64,000 nt of DNA, from assembly GCA_951804945.1 (NCBI GenBank), contig OX638154.1, forward strand, positions 51,832,001-51,896,000. The letters run 5' to 3'. Positions 12,916 through 26,277 of this stretch are shown here, piece by piece. How positions within the stretch are numbered: the first letter of the stretch is position 1; every line of letters starts with the position of its first letter. The stretch is from Podarcis cretensis (taxonomy: Eukaryota). A program made the position numbers and the translations under genes. The notes below the pieces were generated by a model. It was not told the DNA's origin. It searched no databases and saw nothing but the letters and a program-made list of their open reading frames with translations.

Positions 12916-15805
12916 ATTGTCTGAAGAAGTCAAGGACTGAATATGTTCTAGTTGACAGAAAAGGTGTCTAACTTCTAGGAAACTTACAGGTGCTGGAGAA
13001 GAGTGGTAGAACTTTTCAGCCAGCTTTTGTTTTGAAAGAATCTACATCTTCACAAGAGATGAAATACTGTTTGTAAAATTGGGCTCTTGCTCCCTCTGGG
13101 CTATTTTTGCTCCCCAGGGAAGCTTGGGCTGTGACTGGAACTACACATTACCACATACCAGATCAAATAGTCTGATTTCCACACATTTTCAGGAAAGAAA
13201 AGCTTGTTTATATGAGCACAAGGTTTAAGCACAGAATTCAGTGTACACTGGAATAAATCTGTAACTCACTTCCGATGATCTGCTCTTGATTATTCTCATG
13301 GATCTATGTGTTTGCAGCTATGAAATCCTTCATAACCTCCTTGGTAAAACATTGACTTGATGAGATAGATTCGGGACTTATTAGTGAATACACAAGGTAT
13401 GGACTACTTATGTCCAGATCAGTCTGTAATTGTAATGTGTTCTTTGTACCCTGGTGTGTGTTGTGTGTGTATTCATAGGTGTATAGAAAAGACCAGTAAA
13501 ATGCTATCAATGCTGTATTCTTAATTCAGCTGTATGGTTCCTTTCCAAATAAGTCATTAACTTCTGTTAAGCCATTGCCTTTATGAAGCAAAGTTATTCC
13601 TTGTCTTGGTAACCTGCTTGCCCCACTGAATTGAATTAGCCAGTTTTTCCCATCAAAATTAATTGCTCTCGGTTTATTATAGAGATTGTTTGCCCTCTTC
13701 CAAGGACTGTTTGTTCCCAACAGTGTGTTTTAGGATCTGTTTGTATATGCTGGAAGCTTTTTCAGCTTATTTTTTTGAAGGTCACCTTGGGTTCAGAAAA
13801 GTTTAGAGTGGTAGCAGCTAAAATAGACTCAAGTAAATTCAATAAGATACAGAAAGTGGTTGATCTGTAGATTCTTTCCTCTCTCCAGATTTCATTGCCA
13901 AAATATGTTTAAATTGACAAATGATGCAGCCAATCTCATAGGAGATGCATTTTCAATTCCCCCCCCCTAGTTCTGTTGCTTTACTGATGCATGCTGCCAT
14001 GTTCAATGGTTTTACAGAGCTTAATGAGTGACATGCGTGGTGCTGTTAGCTTTCCAGCACCCCTGTAAAAAAAAAATGTAGCATATTTTATAGAGTTGGT
14101 TACTAGAAAGAGGTGACATCCTTCGTAATGTTTTGTTTTGAAATCTTTAAGATAATATTTAATTTCCTATTAATAATGTTCCTTTGAATGTATACTTTAT
14201 ATTTGACTTTCTTCAGTAAAGTTTTATTCCAGATTGTTTTATTTTATGTTTTAATGTAGGTTGTAAACCACTTTGATATTTTCCCCTTAAAATTAGAAAG
14301 AAGTATAGAAATGAAAATAATAATAATAATAATTTTGATCACTACCCAAATCTGTATTCTCTGCTGACAAAAATAAATAGTTGGTTCATAAGTATAGATA
14401 ATTTGAGGCAGTTAGTTCTGATGTAGTGTCTAGAGCAGATGGATAATCACTGTAACAATTGGAAGAAGTTTGTGGAGCAAAAGCACAAGCGGAGGACTCA
14501 TGGGGAGGAATTTAGTGTTGTGCTATCATGATCATTAGCTCGCTCAAGAATTTCTGCTTGACAGATGGAACGATCTCCTCTCTCCTTTTCCCCCACACTG
14601 TTCAGGGAGTTCTCCTGACTCCCCAGAGCCAATTTGGGAGAGGGAAAGCCCCATTGTGCTAGTGGGACTCATTGTGCTGGCTCCCTCTAACACAACCATT
14701 TAGTTGAATCCAGTGCTTGATTTTTATTAAAAAATAATAGTTCATTTCCTGCATTTCTTGACCTTATCTCACCATTCTGCTACACCATTTCTCTCACCAC
14801 AATGTGGCACACATTAGGAAGGCTCATGAAACTCTGAGCCCCTTGCTTTTCTTCCCCTACCTCGAGGTACTTGCTTCAGAGCATAGGCAGGATAACAGCT
14901 GAGTGTAGATGGAGGAGGAAAGCAAAGTAAAAACATGTTGGTGGGGTTAATCTGGTATATTTACAAATGGTGTAGTGCAAACTGTCCAGATTCCCGTGAA
15001 TCTACGTAAGTACTGTGTGTTTCATTCCATGATGACTCAGATCTTTCAGGGACAGGTCTGTTTTGATGCTTGGGGTAATTCCCAATCCTCAAGAGTGCTC
15101 AGCTTGGGTTAATGGGATGCTGATCAATTTGACATACTAGTCTTCCAAGTTACACCAGGACCAGATAATAAATGCAGCACTGCAAATGAAGTCAAATTAC
15201 ATAGACAGTCACAGGACTTGATCAGACATATAAACAAGAGCCAGTTGGTGCCTCCCAAAAGTAAACTTCTTACAACTTCATATCTGAATGCCAAATTCTG
15301 AGGATGGGCAAGCTGAGGGGTTCTGTTACTCACATTTCCTCCTTTTAAGCTTTCAGAAGTATTTGGCTGGCAGCTTTTGGAAACAGTACTGGACTGGCTG
15401 GGGACAGTGACTTGACCAACACCAAGCCACGCCTTTGACATTCCTTTGCAGCTACAACACAGCATCCATTTTATAGAAGGCAAAACAGTGAGGCTCAGAA
15501 GCAAATAAATTGCATAATACCACAGATCGAGCATAAGGCATAGGTAGAGTCTCTGTGACAAATGACAGCACTCCAAAAATAATGTCCTTTTCTAAAAATT
15601 ACCACTCCTAATTCAACATTTGCTGCAGTGCCATGATCTGAAGTGCACCACCCCATCCTCAACTTTCTTTGTAGAATCAAATGAAAAAAACAAAAAAAAG
15701 TTAGAATAATGAATGGCTGTCAACTCTTATCAACAGCTATTTGTAATGATAGCTAACTTGAACTTCTGTGTTCCTGTATGTTTTACTGGATAGTCACATC
15801 AAAGT

Positions 15806-16052
15806 GAACCAGGCAGAGGGCCTTCTCGGTGGTGGCGCCCTCCCTGTGGAACGCCCTCCCACCAGATGTCAAAGAGAACAACAACTACCAGACTTTTAGA
15901 AGACATCTGAAGGCAGCCCTGTTTAGGGAAGCTTTTAATGTTTGATGCATTACAGTATTTTAATATTTTTTTTGGAAGCCACCCAGAGTGGCTGGGGAAG
16001 CCCAGCCAGATGGGCGGGGTATAAATAATAAATTTTATTTTTATTTATTATT

Positions 16053-16088
<36 letters not shown>

Positions 16089-16107
16089 ATTGTTATTGTT
16101 ATTATTG
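15806..16107 (+). mobile_element. L2-clade LINE 3' end with (TAT/TGT)n tail
   Basis: Encodes RQRAFSVVAPSLWNALPPDVKENNNYQTFRRHLKAALFREAF*, followed by ...gatgggcggggtataaataataaa and a trinucleotide tail. Confidence 0.85.
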
Positions 16108-19100
16108 GCTGTAGCCAATATTATTATTAGTTGTACTCTATGTAGATCTGTTAAAATGAATGGACATGACTAACTTAGGCCCATTAATTCTAGTGGGTGT
16201 GTTGAGTAGAACTTAGATAGATACAAACCTGTATCTCAAAAATGAAGGACATAGCATCTTTGCCACAATATAAGATAAACTTTTATTTTGTAATCTTTCA
16301 TATTATGTGTACACTATATATTAAAAGCATATTGTTTCCCCCAAACAATCACAGGAACAATAGTTTGCTAAGAATGCTGGGAATTGCACTACATTTCCCA
16401 GAATTCTTTGGGGGAAGCAATGTGCTTTAGATGTATGGTATGTACACACCCTCTTTTTTATTTTTGTTGTTAGATGTACAGTATGGATTCCCTCACCCTT
16501 CCTATGTTTCTGTGGCTTGATCATGTAGCTGTGTCTACAACTTTGCTATGTTGCATTGTTTACTCTGGATGCGTAAACATAATACAGCAGTGAGCTTGAT
16601 AATTATCTCAGAACTATAGTTTGATGTCCTTCCATCTTAAACAATTCTGGAATGTACCTTGGAAATGCCAGAAATAGGCTTTGGCTTCACTAAGTCTCCA
16701 TAATGCAATCAAACAGGCAATAAAAAGCAAGTACTTGGCAAGGAAATCTAACCCTTATGCATTCTGCACTGTCTTGTACAGTTTTCAAAAGAATTCAGTA
16801 AGGAAAAAATCTGATTGGTCAGATTTGCTTTGCAGGGGATATTTTGGAACAGTCTTCGTTTGGGACAGGTATTTTAGGACTGATTCTGTATAACTTTTTT
16901 CATTCATGGAGAAATACATGTGAAGAATATTATGCTGGAATGCAAAATACTCATACTTATTGCATTCAGATTTAACATTTTTCACATGTGTTCCTCTGTG
17001 GAAGAAAATTGTGTGTTTCACCTTATGTACCTAAGATGTGCCTCAAGAGGGAAATAAACTGATGTTTTAAAATAAAAGATATAACCATAGAAAAATGAAC
17101 AATCGTAGGAAATCTGAATGTTGGAAACAAGAAGTAACTGATGCAATAAAATATTAGAAGTAAATTATGCAACAGGATTGAGTAAACTGAAACAGTCTAT
17201 ACCTATGTTAATTCACAATATTGTTTATTGATGAGGACTTTTCCATATACACAGTTGAGGCTTGTGTACATGTTTATACAAGTATTCTGTAAACCTATGT
17301 ATACTGTAAAGATTCTATTTAGCTTGGCGGTTACTTTTTCATATAGATGCAAAGTGTCTTTTTTTAAAAGAGAGAGAGAGAGAGAGCATGAGAAGTCAGG
17401 CAGCAAGGGAAGTGGCAGTTGGCATGCTGAGCATAGAGGAAGGCTTCCAGACCAGTAATGTGCGATGGCACCTGCAGGATTCGGCTCCATTCCTGAAGAA
17501 AAGCTAAAGGTAAAATCCTCTCACATAGAGTAGTATGGAGTGAGAACTATCCCTAGTCTTACACTGGGCTCTCAGAGCTCCTTGAGGAAACATTGACCAG
17601 AAGGGGTAGTAGCAAGGAACATAGAACACTGGTAAGAGACTTGTTCCTATTGGCTGTTTGGGTCCAGTGAAGATGACTTGCCTGATTCATATACACCTGG
17701 ATTTCAGATCTTCTGCTCAGCCTTAGACTCACTTACGGCTGGCACTCAGCAGACACCCCTGAGGCAGCATCTCTGTGGGCACCCCAACCATCTTGCCATC
17801 TCCACCACTGGTGGGGAAAGGACACTGGCATTGGCACCAGCTTCCAACAAGATCTCTCATGATCTTGCCAGAAGTCTCCGCTGCCACCACACAACCTAGG
17901 TAAGTGATGTTTTCACAGGGGCAGCGTGTCCCATTTCACCTCAGACTCAACCCTGCCTTCAACCCCTATCCAGGACACCATCATACACAATTAGCCAAAA
18001 ACATTAAGCTGTTATGCAGATCAGTGGTGTGACTGCATTTGGGCTAGATGGGCCATTGGCCTGATCCAGCAGGCTGTTTTTATATTCCTATGATGATAAA
18101 CTTTTGAAAGAGAAATTTCTTTTCAATATTAATTATGGAATGTTGTGATGTCACTTTTCTTGTATTTGTTTCTTTATAAGAACATAAGCAGTCTGCCATG
18201 ACTCACTTTATTCGGCAATGGGAATATTGTCATGGGGAAGAGAAAGAGCTTTTACCCCATAATCACTCATTTTAATTCTTTATATTTTCCTTGTGCACTG
18301 AACTACAAGTGAAACTCCATTAAGCTAGGATTTTAATGGGTATTTGCAGGAACTAAAAATATTTGTGGAGCATTCAAACTGTTGTTACTCTAAGGTTATA
18401 GTGTCCTATCTTGGTTGCCATCTCAATGTGTCAGTGAGAAGATTATCTCTCCCTGAAGAAACACACTATGTATCTTTGTGTGTGCTGAAAAAGAATGAGA
18501 GAGAATAATAATTGTTTTTGTAAAGGTCAGAGCTGTGTCTTCTGAGTATTCCTGGGTTCCACATCAAAAGAAAGGACATCCTTTTCATGTTTCTCTCAAG
18601 ATGAAAAATGAATACTGCACAGAAAACCTCCATGTTGAGATAAATGTTTTATGATTGTAACACAGAAACTTCCATTTTGAAGTAATTCACAATAATAATC
18701 TTGGTCAGGAGCATATAATATAATAACATGGCTACATGAGTATCCTGTCAGATGTCCAGTAGAATAAAATCCCCATATATGTTGTCTATTAGAAGGTGCT
18801 GGTGGCTGGTGGGGTAGGAAGAATGTTTGGGGGTCTCACCTGGTTATGTTTCAACAAACACCATCTCTTTAATATCCTTGAAAATTGCTTACTGCATGTG
18901 TCTTGTCATTTCTGTGGAGGATAATTTCCTCTTTGAAAGAGCTTCTTCATTTGTTGCAACCCTAGGCATCTTAGCTTTACTTCAGCTGTAGGGCCTAATT
19001 AAGCTTGCCGCATCTAGGCTTAAACCACCCACACCTAACCATCACGTGATGTCATATGGCATCAGGCTCAGGAGAGATAAACCTGCAGGACCTGTGTACC

Positions 19101-21199
19101 AGCAACTTGCTTGTTGAATCTTAGTCTGATGTCTGAACTGGGCCAAAGAGAGGATTTTGGAACTGCTGACGATTCTCAGGCGAGTTGGAATGAAATCTAG
19201 TAGGATCTTTGCAGAGCATCTTGAGCTAAGCCTGATACTCAGATATAGTACTGGCAGTAACAGTAAAGGTTCATCACTGCTGCTTTTGTTCACCTGTTCC
19301 TCATCAAAACTCGGGTTCTGTTCTCAGGCAATATTTTAATATGCACTTTACTGCCTGTCAAATGTGTTAGCTTTGTACTCTATTCTTATAAGTTTGCCAA
19401 TGCATCTGAATCACAAATGCCCACCTTTGCTATTCTAGTGTTCCTTCTTCCAACTCCCAAGGTCTTCTATTCCTTCTGCCATCCTAGTGCTGTTCTGCTA
19501 CATACCTCAGCCTTGGCGTGCAGCACCCTGGGCTATTTTAAACTGATGTCCTCTTTAGAAGAAACAGTTCCTCCTTATGAGATGGAATTCTGGTGTAAGC
19601 TTGTTTATGTGTCTCAGAAGTTGCTTCTGTTAGAATTGGAAGATGCTGAGCTATATAAAGGTAGATCCCGGGTGCTTTGCAGCTGTTGTGAAGCAGAAAA
19701 GTGACTCATAAAGTAAATAGATTAAAAAACTTTTAGTTCTTTTTCCCACCTCAACTCTGGTAGAACTGAAGGGCTCAACTGAAAGCAATAGCTTTCTACA
19801 ATATTAGAAGTCAGTGAAGCAACTGTGCCAAATTGTTCAGAACTTTTTGTACAGAATAAAGTATTTTGTGGACAGATTAAAGAAACCAATATTGTTTCTG
19901 TTATGTGGATACCAGATGGAGGTGTGTGCAGATGCACATATCTCTTGTGCAAGGATAAACAATCTCAGGGCTGGAGGCCACATCTGTTCTGCTAAGGCTT
20001 CTCTACCATCCTGTGTAGACCTGCATTGCTGCGTCGTGACTCACCCATGAGTAGGTCATTTCAGGGAGAAGGAGGTGGGGGAAGCTTTTCTAGAAGAAAA
20101 GCCTCAGTGGACCAGATATCGTTTATTGCCCACTGCAGATGTAGTGCATTCATTCACAAGCTCTTTCACCTAGTATCAATTTATCACTTGGAATTAATCA
20201 GGGAGAATTTGGGCACATAATAATAATATTAATAACAGGTTTTACTAGGAAATGAAGGTTAAGCCTCTCTTACTTCCCAAACTTTCTATGTATCATATTT
20301 TTGTACTAGAAAATACAAGCAGGAGATGGATAAATGAAGTGCCTGAACAAGGCCCTTCAGCATACACCATTGAACTAAGTCACTGCTCAGTTAACAGATG
20401 CTGCTTTGGCACCCTGGAGCCTTAGACTGGCTCCACAGCTGCCAACCCCCTCCCCTTCTATGTTCAGGACTTGCTTGCGTGCCAGCCTGTTGACAGCTGC
20501 TGGACATTATCTGCTGCAGTTTCCTTACCAACACTGGTTCCCACGCTGACTGCAGATGGAGAGGATTCAGCCATGTGATCAACTGTCATTTGTAATTGCC
20601 TGAATTCCTTATTTTTCTGTAAAATGTATGCTCTTTTAAAAGCTGCAGATTAAGAGTACATCTATTTTACATTTGGAAAACCTTGGCCTGTTCTTACAGG
20701 TTTAGAGTGGTGGGAGATGTCTTTACAGAGTGACTGAGAGAGAAGATACTACTATTTGTCAAGTACAACATTGTGGATACTGACAGTTCTGTTGTGGAAA
20801 ACAAGCACTTCCTTGAATTTCCATCCCCGGGTACTTTGGTAGAATTCTACTTTAGGATGACACAAAACACACAGCTTGTCATTTCCCAGCCCCTTCAGAA
20901 AGAGAAAATTACTAATATTTGGGTTGTGGCTGGACTAGAAGAAGTTTATTGGCCAGTTTTTATTATTGTTGGTGGTGTTCTGAATTACTCTAGCTTTATT
21001 TTTAAATAGTCTAGTCCTAGTAAAACTGAGTAAATATTAGTAACTTTGTCACCCTGTATGATGACGTCTGTCAGCAAAGAGACGAGGGAAGTGTGTTCTT
21101 TTTAATTCTCTGTGGTCTGTCAGCTGCTTTCTGCACCATAGGCTACAATATTCTTCTGCAATGTGTTATATGTGAGGCTGTCTTTAAAGACAGTGATTT

Positions 21200-21925
21200 G
21201 TATTCAGAGGCATTCTGATTCTGTAGGTAGCATATAGCCATCATGATTAATAGCCACTGATAAGTAGCTTCATCTTCTGTAAATTTATTGAGTCTTCTTT
21301 AAAGCCACTTAAGGCTACAATTGTAATCTAAATTAAATTCAGTGGGACTTGCTTTTGAATAAACATAGCTAGGATCACATTTTGTGGTGAATTCCATAGT
21401 TTAACTATGTTCTGTATGAAGAAATACTTCTTTTTGTCTGCCCTGAATCTCCCACCATTCAGGTTCAATAGATGATCCCAAGTTCCAGTAACTACAACAG
21501 AAGTAGAAAAACCTACATTTCTCCACACCATGCATCATTATAAACCTCTGTTGTATCTCCCACACTCATCTTTCCTCATAGAGGAGTTGCTTAGTCCCCT
21601 GATCATTTAGGTTGCCTTTCCTTCTGACCGGAACTGCATACAGTATTCCAAGTGGTGTCCCACCATAGATATCTAGAAAAGCATTACAGTTTTGGCAATT
21701 CCTCCCGCCGCCCCCCCCCCCCCCATCCTCAGCACCTGCTGCACACGGGGTCTGTGGTTCATTGAGCAATCTACCAAGACCCCAGGAATCCTTTCCTAGA
21801 CAATCACTACAAGCTCAGACCCCATCAGTTTATATGTGGTTAGGATTTCTTGCCCCAGTTTGCATCACTTTACACATACATTGAACTGTGTTTTCCATTC
21901 ATCCATTTTGGAGAGATCTTTGAGC
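21200..21925 (-). mobile_element. Decayed CR1-family LINE 3' fragment
   Basis: aattccatagtttaactatgttctgtatgaagaaatacttctttttgtctgccctgaatct is the reverse-complement counterpart of 61260-61320. The translation LNGGRFRADKKKYFFIQNIVKLWNS is a CR1 ORF2 C-terminus. Confidence 0.8.
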
Positions 21926-22090
21926 TTCTTCATTATGGTCCACATTATTTTAAACCATAGTTAAATGATCAAACATAGTTTAAAGGTGATCATACAGTAT
22001 GCTGTTTCACACTACTGAAATCACAGGTGCTTTGCTGCTCTCCCACTCATACTTCTGTTGAACAGCAGCACATTGGGGCTCCGCCCTGTT

Positions 22091-22445
22091 CAGAGCTGGA
22101 TTCAGGTTTGATGAAGCCCTAAGCTATTGAAGGTAATGGGGCCCTTTATATGTCCAGCTGTCCTTTGCTACATTTTGCCATGCAACCAGTTCATGCAGAA
22201 TGTAGGCACCCTATATATAGAAATGAGCAAACCAGTGATATTTTAGGGAGCAGGCTAGCAGACGGACATCATAGGAGCCTAAACAACACAAAACACTTGC
22301 TGTATGTAGGTTTTATTTTATTTTATTTATCTTATCTTTTGGAAATGTACATACAGGTTTTTTTCCTTTAATTTTTTTTTTGGGGGGGCAAGAGAGTGGG
22401 ACCCTAAGCTATAGCTTGTTTAGCTTATACGTAAATCCAGCACTG
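22091..22445. mobile_element. Probable hAT-like non-autonomous DNA transposon
   Basis: Ends cagagctggattca ... taaatccagcactg are imperfect inverted repeats, with subterminal ccctaagcta at both ends. TSD not evident. Confidence 0.55.
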
Positions 22446-23297
22446 AGGTCCTTGTGTTAGACCTGAACATCCAGACTCAAGAGAGGAGGGCAGTGGGAAG
22501 AGGAGTTGCATGCCTTCAGCTGTGTCTTTGATAATGTGCTTTCCCCTTTCTCACAGTGAACCTGGCAGTAAGTTCAAACATTGTTAGTTCATGGAGAGCT
22601 GTCTCTTTCACTTGTAGTTCTGGAATATGTTCTTTTCTGGGGAAAGTTAGTTCTGAATGGGAATCATCTTAGAATCACTGAGTGGAACAGAGGACCATAG
22701 CACAGAGAGGGCTTTCTTAGTTCTAGAAGAGATTTAAGAGGCCCTTTAAGGGTCAGTCATCAAGCTGTGGGGCCAGGCAATGGGTAGAAGAAGAAGGTCT
22801 GCAGAAGAGTGGCAAGACCCCATAAGGGTGGCACCAGCATTTTAATATTCCTCCTGGGTGACAAAACTGCCTAAGGCTGACTCTGGGTGCTTGAAATAGA
22901 ATTTTAAAGCTGTCACAGTGGGAAATATGATTTAAGCAATTCCCACTATTTAGCTTACTTTAAACTGCTGGAATGCAACAAGGTCAGGAGATGGAACTGC
23001 TGGCACACCACTCCTGTCTGTTACATTTATTTGGAATGTTGGTGTTAATGATGGTGCTGAAAGCATTCATGGCACTGAAGAATTGAGAGGGGGGGGAGTC
23101 TGGAACATGACTAGAAGCTGAAGAGTTTAAAATAAATTGTCTTGGAATAGGGAGGTGTGTTTCCAGTAGAAACTCTAGGAGAATTGCTTGGGGGAGCAGA
23201 TATGTATGACACACACACACACACACAAACATACATACACACAATGAGCATAAGCAAACTCTGTTGTGTTCTTAAAGTCACTTGGAAATATCTAAAG

Positions 23298-23418
23298 CAG
23301 GGATAGCCCATGTGGCACCCTCCAGATGTTAGACTACACTTCAAGCATGCCTGATGATCAGGGATGTTGGGAGTTGTAGTCCAACAGCATCTGGAGGACA
23401 GCACATTGGCTATCCCTG
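23298..23418. mobile_element. Short palindromic hAT-like MITE (121 bp)
   Basis: cagggatagcccatgtg...ctccagatgtt.gactaca // tgtagtccaacagcatctggag...cacattggctatccctg. The two halves are reverse complements. Confidence 0.75.
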
Positions 23419-25973
23419 TGAAACGGGATGAAGTTGCTGGGCAGACTTCTGAAACTTCAGGGATGAGAATGAAGCCCAGAGGTGTGAGTTACACACACTG
23501 CGTCATACTTCTGAATAACCACAACTTAATTGATTTAATAGTAGTTGGGAAAGAGAACTTAGATCTACAGGGGTCATTTGTCCAAGACTGTTTTGGTTAG
23601 GTGTTTCATGACTAGGTCTAAAAGCTGAAGGCTTTCTAGAGTGTGAAGAAAAATTTAACTAGCCTTTAAGATGAAACTTAGCTGTGTCCTCAAACATGAT
23701 AATACCCTTAATAACCTTATATTGAAACTGTCTTGGATCCCAGAAGAAATGTGAAATAGATTCTCCAAATTAACACACAAAACCTGAATGGTTCCAGGTC
23801 TTTATTGTTGCATTTCCACTCCCATTTCTGTGTTTTCTGGTATCTGTGCATGGATTTAGAGAAAGTCTTTGTGGGTTAGGTAATCTTTTATGTACATGAT
23901 CACAAGTTTTTCAGTTGCTGAGAAGTAATGTGAAGTGAACCATAGCAGATGAAACTTCCCAGTACTAATAACAGATTTGGCCAGAGAGGTTTTTGTTACT
24001 TCTATCTCAGGATAAAATCACATGAGTGTGTATCTTTATGTCATTTGTTATCAAGTCTAAACCTTAATATATAGAGGCAAATGTCATCAATGATGCAGTT
24101 CCTGCGACAGCAATTATATGGGGTTTAGAACTGTTTCTACTACTGTTCCATGCCGTTTGGACTTTAGGTTCCAAACATCTTTCAGCTTCTATTCCTGCTG
24201 CATCAAAGCATTAGCAAACAGAGGTTCCTTTAAAACAAACACTATGGCAGTGGTTACCTAGCCTTCTCCTTTTGCTAGCTGCTACCTTATGTGGTTCCCT
24301 CCACCCCCAAAGAGGAATACTCAGTAGCAACCACTGAATTCTACTGAAACCAGAACAATTATTATGGTTTCCTTACATCCTTATTGTCCTTTCACTTTGT
24401 TTCTTTCTCATGAGAGAAATGGAACAACAAACAAAGCAGTAGCAGCAACCATAGTGCACCACTGTCTGTCTGGCGTGCTCTGACGGCTGCAACTACGATG
24501 TGAGCTCTCATGCTTTAGTGGAGAGGTGCACTTGACATCTTGGAAGCATTTTTTTATTTGTTGCAAATGAATTTTGTGTTTGATGTTGTAAACCACCCTT
24601 TGGTCTCTTGATGAGGAACAGTGTATCAATTTAAAAAAATAACAATGGTGATGATGATGATGATAAATAAAAATATGGCATTTAATTGAATTTATAAGCT
24701 CATTTGTGATCTTGTGTGCATATTAAGAATCTAAAATATTTGAGGTTTCCTGCTTTTTTGTTGTAATTTTGACATTTATTACCAGAAATATGAAATACAC
24801 TAATGCTTCCTCAGTTTTCTACAAAACTGCTAATGTCACCTTTCTGGATGCTTACTACTGAATAATTTTATAGTAATTGTTGCTTAAATTTAAATATTCA
24901 CTGGAAATTACTGAGAAGTTCTAGATCATTAATGTGAGCTGATGCTAAATGCCACTTGGATTCATTAAAAATGCTTTAAGGGGAAATTTAAGCTGAAGTA
25001 GGGCGTTATAAAGATCTATAAACAAACCCAGATGCTTCCTGGTGTGCTAGGTGAATGCTTGTTTTTAGCCAACAAGCACTAAGAAAACCTGCTGGAAGTA
25101 CTTTGCATTGCTAGTGACCAATCTCTCTTTCAAAGCCTCATGGGAACAATGTCTTTCAGTTCCAATAAGAAAGATGGCCAGTGTTATCAGATGTTTTATT
25201 ACTCTCTCTCTTCCCCCTCTTTTAACCCCCCCCCCTTTGCTTTGATACTATGGAAAATGTCTGCTGGACAGGCATTTTTGGAAAAGATTTCCAATGACTC
25301 CCTTAAAATGTTCCATGGGATTAATTATATAAGGCATTTGGAATCTTTTAAAGCTATCAATTGCAATTGAATCATTACAACTTCTGATACATTTCTTTTT
25401 AATATGAGCTTTACGTTCAGATCAGCTGACATCTTTTTGGTTATTTCAGCTGCACAATAAAGAATCTTTTAAAGCTTCCCACGAGGGGCTAGCAGTAGCT
25501 CAATGTTCCCTAAGTATTTCCATTGTACTCTCCTTATTTTTGCTGCAAAGCTTCTGGAAGTGTCAACTTTTGGCCTGCAATGTTGTAGGACTGGTTTTTG
25601 CTTGAAGAGTGATTTAAATTATGAAGAGGCCAGTTGAAACATTTTTAGAAAAGAAAAGTAATATCAATGCACTTTCCACATCCATACAAAAGCGTGAGGG
25701 AGTGAGAATCAGCTTGGGTTTCCAATAGCTGACTGGTTAAAGCAACTAGGTTTATAGGATGACCACTTTAACGTATGGGATGGGAGGTGAACCAGTCCCA
25801 CCACCTGCGGTCCTATAAAACAAAACTGAGAAAATGATGATGTAGGTTTTCTTTAACTGATTAGGAAACGGCGGGGCAAGGATAGTGATAATATATTGTG
25901 GAGGGAAGAGCTATAGCAGAAACATAAGCTGAAGAGGGCAATGCAAAAAACTGATGGCAAAAAGTGGGATATA

Positions 25974-25980
25974 ATAATGT

Positions 25981-26017
<37 letters not shown>

Positions 26018-26277
26018 ATTATTTATACCTGCCCATCTGGCTGAGGTATAAGCCATCTGAGTGGCTTACAGCAGAATATTAAAATACAATGATTCATTAC
26101 CCTAAACAGGGCTGCCTTCAGATGTCTTCTAAAAGTTTGATACTGTAGTTGTTTGACATCTGATGGGAGGACATTCCACAGGGCAGGCGCCACTACCGAG
26201 AAGGCCCTCTGCCTGGTTTCCTGTAACTTCGCTTCTCGCAGTGAGTGAACGGCCAGAAGGCCCTCGGCACTGGACTT
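25974..26277 (-). mobile_element. L2-clade LINE 3' end, same family as 15806-16107, opposite strand
   Basis: ORF 26023..26304 contains REAKLQETRQRAFSVVAPALWNVLPSDVKQLQYQTFRRHLKAALFR. The tail appears as (gat)n at 25982-26012. Confidence 0.85.

Noticed and set aside
15124-15576. 150-aa minus-strand ORF
   Set aside because: No homology recognised and a non-ATG start. Probably a chance ORF.
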